From NCBI GenBank assembly GCA_020852595.1, contig JADZAK010000103.1, positions 5,320 to 69,319 of the forward strand: a stretch of 64,000 nt of DNA, given 5' to 3'. Within the stretch, counting starts at the first letter, position 1; every line of letters begins with the position of its first letter. Below, in pieces: positions 60,041 to 64,000 of this stretch. The notes below the pieces were generated by a model, which was not told the DNA's origin, did not search any database, and saw only the letters and a list, made by a program, of their open reading frames with translations. Source of the stretch: Rhodospirillaceae bacterium (GTDB lineage Bacteria > Pseudomonadota > Alphaproteobacteria > Rhodospirillales > Rhodospirillaceae). A program made the translations under genes and the position numbers.

Positions 60041-60495
60041 GCGGTCCCCGCTGCGCGCGCGGCGGCGACGGCGCCGAGGCGTGCGAAAAATTCGTCGGCG
60101 AGCTTCTTGGCCGCCGCGGTGATGAGCCGTCCGCCCACTTGGGCGATCTTCCCTCCGACGGACGCATCGACCGTATAGATGAGACGTGTGCCTTCGGCTT
60201 CTTCTTCGAGCCGCACCTTGGCCCCGCCCTTGGCAAAACCGGCCGCGCCGCCCTTGCCTTCGCCGCGAATGGTGTAGGCTTTCGGCGGATCGAGATCGGA
60301 CAGCGTGATCGCGCCTTTGAACGAGGCTTTCACCGGGCCGATCTTGGCGGTACCGACGGCATCGATCTCGGTGGGCGAGGTCCATTCAATGGACTCGCAG
60401 CCGGGAATGGCTTCTTTCAGCACCGCGAGATCGTTGAGGGCATCCCACACCGCCTGACGAGGCGCGGGAATGAGGCAATCGCCGGTCATATCCAT
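60037..60495 (-). CDS. coxG: CoxG family SRPBCC protein
   Basis: [22 protein letters not shown]...[19 protein letters not shown]...[17 protein letters not shown]. Overlaps the small-subunit start by 4 nt. Confidence 0.85.
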   Translation of the reverse strand: MDMTGDCLIPAPRQAVWDALNDLAVLKEAIPGCESIEWTSPTEIDAVGTAKIGPVKASFKGAITLSDLDPPKAYTIRGEGKGGAAGFAKGGAKVRLEEEAEGTRLIYTVDASVGGKIAQVGGRLITAAAKKLADEFFARLGAVAAARAAGTA

Positions 60496-60528
60496 CGTAC
60501 GTAAACCTCTTACAGATCCGCGCGCACG

Positions 60529-61821
60529 CTATGCATCGGCTCTGCCTTTGCGGATCGCGGCCCGCCCGAACTTGGCGCGCACCGTATCCATGGCTTTCTC
60601 GACCTCGGCGCTACGCGTGCCGGATTTGCCGGCCGGTTGATCCGCGCGCGAGAACAAATCCTGCGGGTCGGCGCCGGTCGGCTCGGACAACTGATCGACA
60701 CCAACGCCGATAAGGCGGAACAGCGGACCGGTGGCTTCCTTCAATAGCATAGCTTCGGCCTCGCGGAAGATCGTCTCGGCCAATTGCGTGGGCGCGGACA
60801 GCTTGTGATTGCGCGTGACCGTCTTGAAGCGCGAGGTCTTCAGTTTCAGCACCACCGTACGCCCGGCGATGTTCTTGGCTTTCAAGCGCTCCGACACGCG
60901 TTCGGTGAGGGTCCATAAAATACGGCGCAGCTTGGCCGGATCGCGGATGTCCTCGTTGAAGGTGGTTTCCGCCGACACGCTCTTGGCTTCGCGATCCGTA
61001 TTCACATGACGTTCATCGAGGCCTTGCGCGAGCCGCGCGATATAGGCGCCGGTTTCGCCGTAGAGCAGCGCCATCTCCTCGTGCGAGCGGCGCTGGATAT
61101 CGCCGACCGTGAACAGGCCGCCGACCTTGAGGCGGTCACCCAGCGCCGGCCCCACACCGGGCAAACGCGTGATCGGCAGATCGTGCAGCACCGAGACCGC
61201 ATCGCCACGCCCGATGACGGCGAACCCGCGCGGCTTGTCGAGATCGGAGGCGAGCTTGGCGAGGAACTTGTTGTAGCTGAGACCGATGGAGACGGTGATG
61301 CGGATCTCGCGTTCGATCTCGCGGGCGATATGCGCGAGCGAGGCAGCCGCCGAGCGGTTGAACAGCTTCACCGTGCCGGTGAGATCGAGAAAGGCTTCAT
61401 CGAGCGAGAGTGCTTCGATCATCGGCGTGGCGGTCTCGAAAACCTTGTGCACCTGGCGGCTGACGTCCTTGTACTTGGCCATGTTCGGTGTGATGACCAC
61501 GGCGTGCGGGCAAAGTTGCAGCGCCTTGAACATGGGCATGGCCGAACGCGGGCCGAACTTGCGGGCGATATAACAGGCGGTTGAGACCACGCCCCTCTTC
61601 TCGCCTCCCACCAGGACCGGCTTGTCGGCGAGGCTCGGGTCATCGCGTTTTTCGATGGTGGCGTAGAAGGCGTCGCAGTCGATGTGCGCGATGGAAAGAC
61701 GCCCCAATTCCGGGTGGCGGATCACGCGCTCCGAGCCGCAGCGCAGGCATGTGGGCGCGTCCGATTCGTATTCGGCGAGGCAGTCGCGGCAGAGGGCGGT
61801 GACACGGTCCAAGGCGGGCAT
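60529..61821 (-). CDS. dinB: DNA polymerase IV with an N-terminal four-Cys extension
   Basis: HIDCDAFYATIEKRDDPSL...PVLVGG...SLDEAFLD...SIGLSYNKFLAKLASD. N-terminal CRDC...CLRC. Confidence 0.9.
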   Translation of the reverse strand: MPALDRVTALCRDCLAEYESDAPTCLRCGSERVIRHPELGRLSIAHIDCDAFYATIEKRDDPSLADKPVLVGGEKRGVVSTACYIARKFGPRSAMPMFKALQLCPHAVVITPNMAKYKDVSRQVHKVFETATPMIEALSLDEAFLDLTGTVKLFNRSAAASLAHIAREIEREIRITVSIGLSYNKFLAKLASDLDKPRGFAVIGRGDAVSVLHDLPITRLPGVGPALGDRLKVGGLFTVGDIQRRSHEEMALLYGETGAYIARLAQGLDERHVNTDREAKSVSAETTFNEDIRDPAKLRRILWTLTERVSERLKAKNIAGRTVVLKLKTSRFKTVTRNHKLSAPTQLAETIFREAEAMLLKEATGPLFRLIGVGVDQLSEPTGADPQDLFSRADQPAGKSGTRSAEVEKAMDTVRAKFGRAAIRKGRADA

Positions 61822-61894
61822 AGGCTCACAATGCTGCGCGTTGACTTAGGAGAAAGAAAGCCCCAAGTGAAGGGCCCTCAGCATAGGATTTCCC

Positions 61895-63703
61895 ATGAGC
61901 GAACGGTCTTCCGGCCCCTCCCGCTGGAACATGCCCGACCGGCCCCGGAGCAAGAATTACGCCCACCTGCGGCGGACCTATGAATTCATGCGTCCGTACA
62001 AGAGCCAGCTGGTCATTTTCTGCATCGCTCTGGCCATCACCTCGGCCGCCACTTTAAGCATCGGCCTGGGCCTGAAGTTCGTCATCGACCGCGGACTTTC
62101 CGCCGGGAGCCGCGAGATGCTCGACCAGGGCCTGTTGGCGCTAATCGGGATCATCGTGGTGATCGCCGCCGGCACCTTCACGCGTTTCTATTACATCTCG
62201 TGGATCGGCGAGCGCGTGGTGGCGGATATCCGCGCCGCCGTATTCAACCATATCCTCCGGCTGTCACCGGGTTTCTTCGAAACCACCAAGACCGGCGAAA
62301 TCCTTTCGCGCCTGACGACCGACACCGCCCTTCTGCAACAAGTGGTGGGTTCGTCCCTATCCATCGCCCTGCGCAACGCGGTGGCGCTGATCGGCGGCGT
62401 GACCATGCTGATCGTCACCAACGCGAAACTCACCGGGCTTGTGGCCCTGGTGCTGCCGGCGGTGATCGTGCCGATCATCTGGTACGGCCGCAAGGTGCGC
62501 AAACTCTCGCGCGAGAGCCAGGACCGCGTGGCCGATGTGGGCTCCTACGCCGAGGAGAATCTCAACGCCATCCGCACCGTGCAGGCCTTTGTGCACGAGG
62601 AGCGCGACCGCGCCTTCTTCGCGCGCAACGTGGAAAGCGCGTTCCGCACGGCCATGGGCCGCATCAAGGCGCGCGCCATGCTGGGCGCCATCGTCATTCT
62701 GCTCGTGTTCGCCGCCATCGCCATCGTGGTGTGGGCGGGCGGGCACGGCGTCATCGCCGGCACCGTGACGCCCGGCGACCTGACCGCCTTTATCTTCTAC
62801 TCGGTGACCGTGGCCGCCTCGACCGGCGCCATGACCGAGGTGATCGGCGACTTGCAGCGCGCCGCCGGAGCGACGGAACGCCTGATCGAATTGCTGGAAA
62901 CGGAACCGGAAATCACCGCGCCAGCGCAACCCAAAGCGCTGCCCCTGCCCGCACGCGGCGCCGTCGATTTCGAGAACGTGACCTTCCACTATCCGTCGCG
63001 TCCGCAGACGGCGGCTCTTAAAGGTCTCACGCTGAATGTGGCCCCGGGCGAACATGTCGCCCTCGTCGGCCCGTCGGGCGCGGGCAAGACCACGGTGTTC
63101 CAGCTGCTGCTGCGTTTCTATGACCCGCAGGCGGGCACCGTGCGCATCGACGGAATCGACTTGAAGGAAGCCGACCCGCAGGTTGTGCGTTCGCGCATCG
63201 GCATGGTCGCCCAGGACCCGGTGATCTTCGCCGCCGATGCCATGGAGAACATTCGCTACGGCCGTCCCGGCGCCACCGACGAAGAAGTGCATGCGGCGGC
63301 CGAAGCCGCGGCGGCGATGGAGTTCATCAGGAAGCTGCCCGACGGCATGAAGAGTTTCCTGGGCGAGCGCGGCGTGCGCCTGTCCGGGGGACAGAAACAG
63401 CGCATCGCCATCGCCCGCGCTATTCTGCGTGACCCCGCGCTGCTTCTGCTGGATGAAGCCACCAGCGCCCTGGATGCGGAGAATGAGCGCCTGGTGCAGA
63501 CGGCGCTGGAACGCCTGATGGTGGGACGCACCACCATGGTGATCGCGCATCGACTGGCCACCGTCGTGAACGCGGATCGCATCGCCGTCATCGACGACGG
63601 CCGCCTGGTGGCCACGGGCCGTCACGAACAACTGATCGCGAGCAATGAACTCTATGCCCGGGTGGCGGCCTTGCAGTTCACCGCCGACGTCAACACGCCC
63701 TGA
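61895..63703 (+). CDS. ABCB-type half-transporter (fused permease plus ATPase exporter, MsbA/Atm1-like)
   Basis: Six TM segments, then GPSGAGKTT, LSGGQKQRIAIARA, LLLDEATSALD. Confidence 0.9.
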   Translation: MSERSSGPSRWNMPDRPRSKNYAHLRRTYEFMRPYKSQLVIFCIALAITSAATLSIGLGLKFVIDRGLSAGSREMLDQGLLALIGIIVVIAAGTFTRFYYISWIGERVVADIRAAVFNHILRLSPGFFETTKTGEILSRLTTDTALLQQVVGSSLSIALRNAVALIGGVTMLIVTNAKLTGLVALVLPAVIVPIIWYGRKVRKLSRESQDRVADVGSYAEENLNAIRTVQAFVHEERDRAFFARNVESAFRTAMGRIKARAMLGAIVILLVFAAIAIVVWAGGHGVIAGTVTPGDLTAFIFYSVTVAASTGAMTEVIGDLQRAAGATERLIELLETEPEITAPAQPKALPLPARGAVDFENVTFHYPSRPQTAALKGLTLNVAPGEHVALVGPSGAGKTTVFQLLLRFYDPQAGTVRIDGIDLKEADPQVVRSRIGMVAQDPVIFAADAMENIRYGRPGATDEEVHAAAEAAAAMEFIRKLPDGMKSFLGERGVRLSGGQKQRIAIARAILRDPALLLLDEATSALDAENERLVQTALERLMVGRTTMVIAHRLATVVNADRIAVIDDGRLVATGRHEQLIASNELYARVAALQFTADVNTP

Positions 63704-63748
63704 TCTCCGAAACGTCGATATGACATTGTGAATCTCTCGCCGCGGCGG

Positions 63749-64000
63749 TCAGTCCCACTCACCGGCGCCGACGCGCCGGGAGCTTTTCACGCCGCTGCGC
63801 TTGCGTTTGCCTTCGAGGCGCTGCTTCTTCTGGCCCTTGCTGACCTTGGTCGCCACCCGGCGCTTGGGGACGTGGGTCGCCTTGACGATCATTTCCACCA
63901 GCCGGTCGATGGCGTCCTTGCGGTTCATCTCCTGGGTGCGGTGGCGGTTGGCGGTGATGACGATGACGCCGTCCGTGGTCGCGCGTTTTCCCGCCAGCGC
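63749..64000 (-). CDS. arfB: Alternative ribosome-rescue factor ArfB (peptidyl-tRNA hydrolase), C-terminal part; 5' end outside the window
   Basis: My translation of the minus strand reads ...ITANRHRTQEMNRKDAIDRLVEMIVKATHVPKRRVATKVSKGQKKQRLEGKRKRSGVKSSRRVGAGEWD*. This is the basic C-tail typical of YaeJ/ArfB. It is not in the ORF track because it has no start in the window. Confidence 0.8.
   Translation of the reverse strand, partial: ALAGKRATTDGVIVITANRHRTQEMNRKDAIDRLVEMIVKATHVPKRRVATKVSKGQKKQRLEGKRKRSGVKSSRRVGAGEWD

Overview
This is a high-GC chromosomal segment that looks alphaproteobacterial. Supporting signs are a ROSE-like hsp20 leader, carD-fdxA-S4-helicase synteny, a cycH-type ccmI and a SleB-type hydrolase. 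I call 57 protein-coding genes (two cut by the window edges) and one apparently frameshifted gene (ccmD). I also call a TPP riboswitch, a ROSE-like RNA thermometer, two candidate promoters and about ten intrinsic-terminator-type hairpins. I found no rRNA or tRNA genes, CRISPR arrays, transposases, integrases or phage genes.

Most of the window is housekeeping. It includes korAB, metC, carD, fdxA, htpG, acnA, a contiguous ccmABC(D)EFGHI-SCO-ycgN-ygjP block, a PBP1A, rhlE, thiC, mtgA, dinB and arfB.

The only accessory-looking stretch is about 38-50 kb on the minus strand. It holds an NHL propeller, a TonB-dependent receptor, and a tight four-gene operon of exported proteins. That operon comprises an orphan protein, a DUF1592-family CxxCH lipoprotein, a Tat-DUF1552 protein and a six-repeat COG4315 protein. 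An amino-acid permease plus signal-peptide methyltransferase pair follows. The four-gene operon is my best candidate for an undescribed system, but it is built on known domains of unknown function and I cannot assign it a function.

The most concrete sequence-level anomaly is a single extra T that splits ccmD into two frames.

Many long ORFs in the supplied track are antisense shadows of real genes, as is typical of high-GC DNA, and were rejected. Several track ORFs have spurious N-terminal extensions that I trimmed to the start codon with an RBS or translational coupling.
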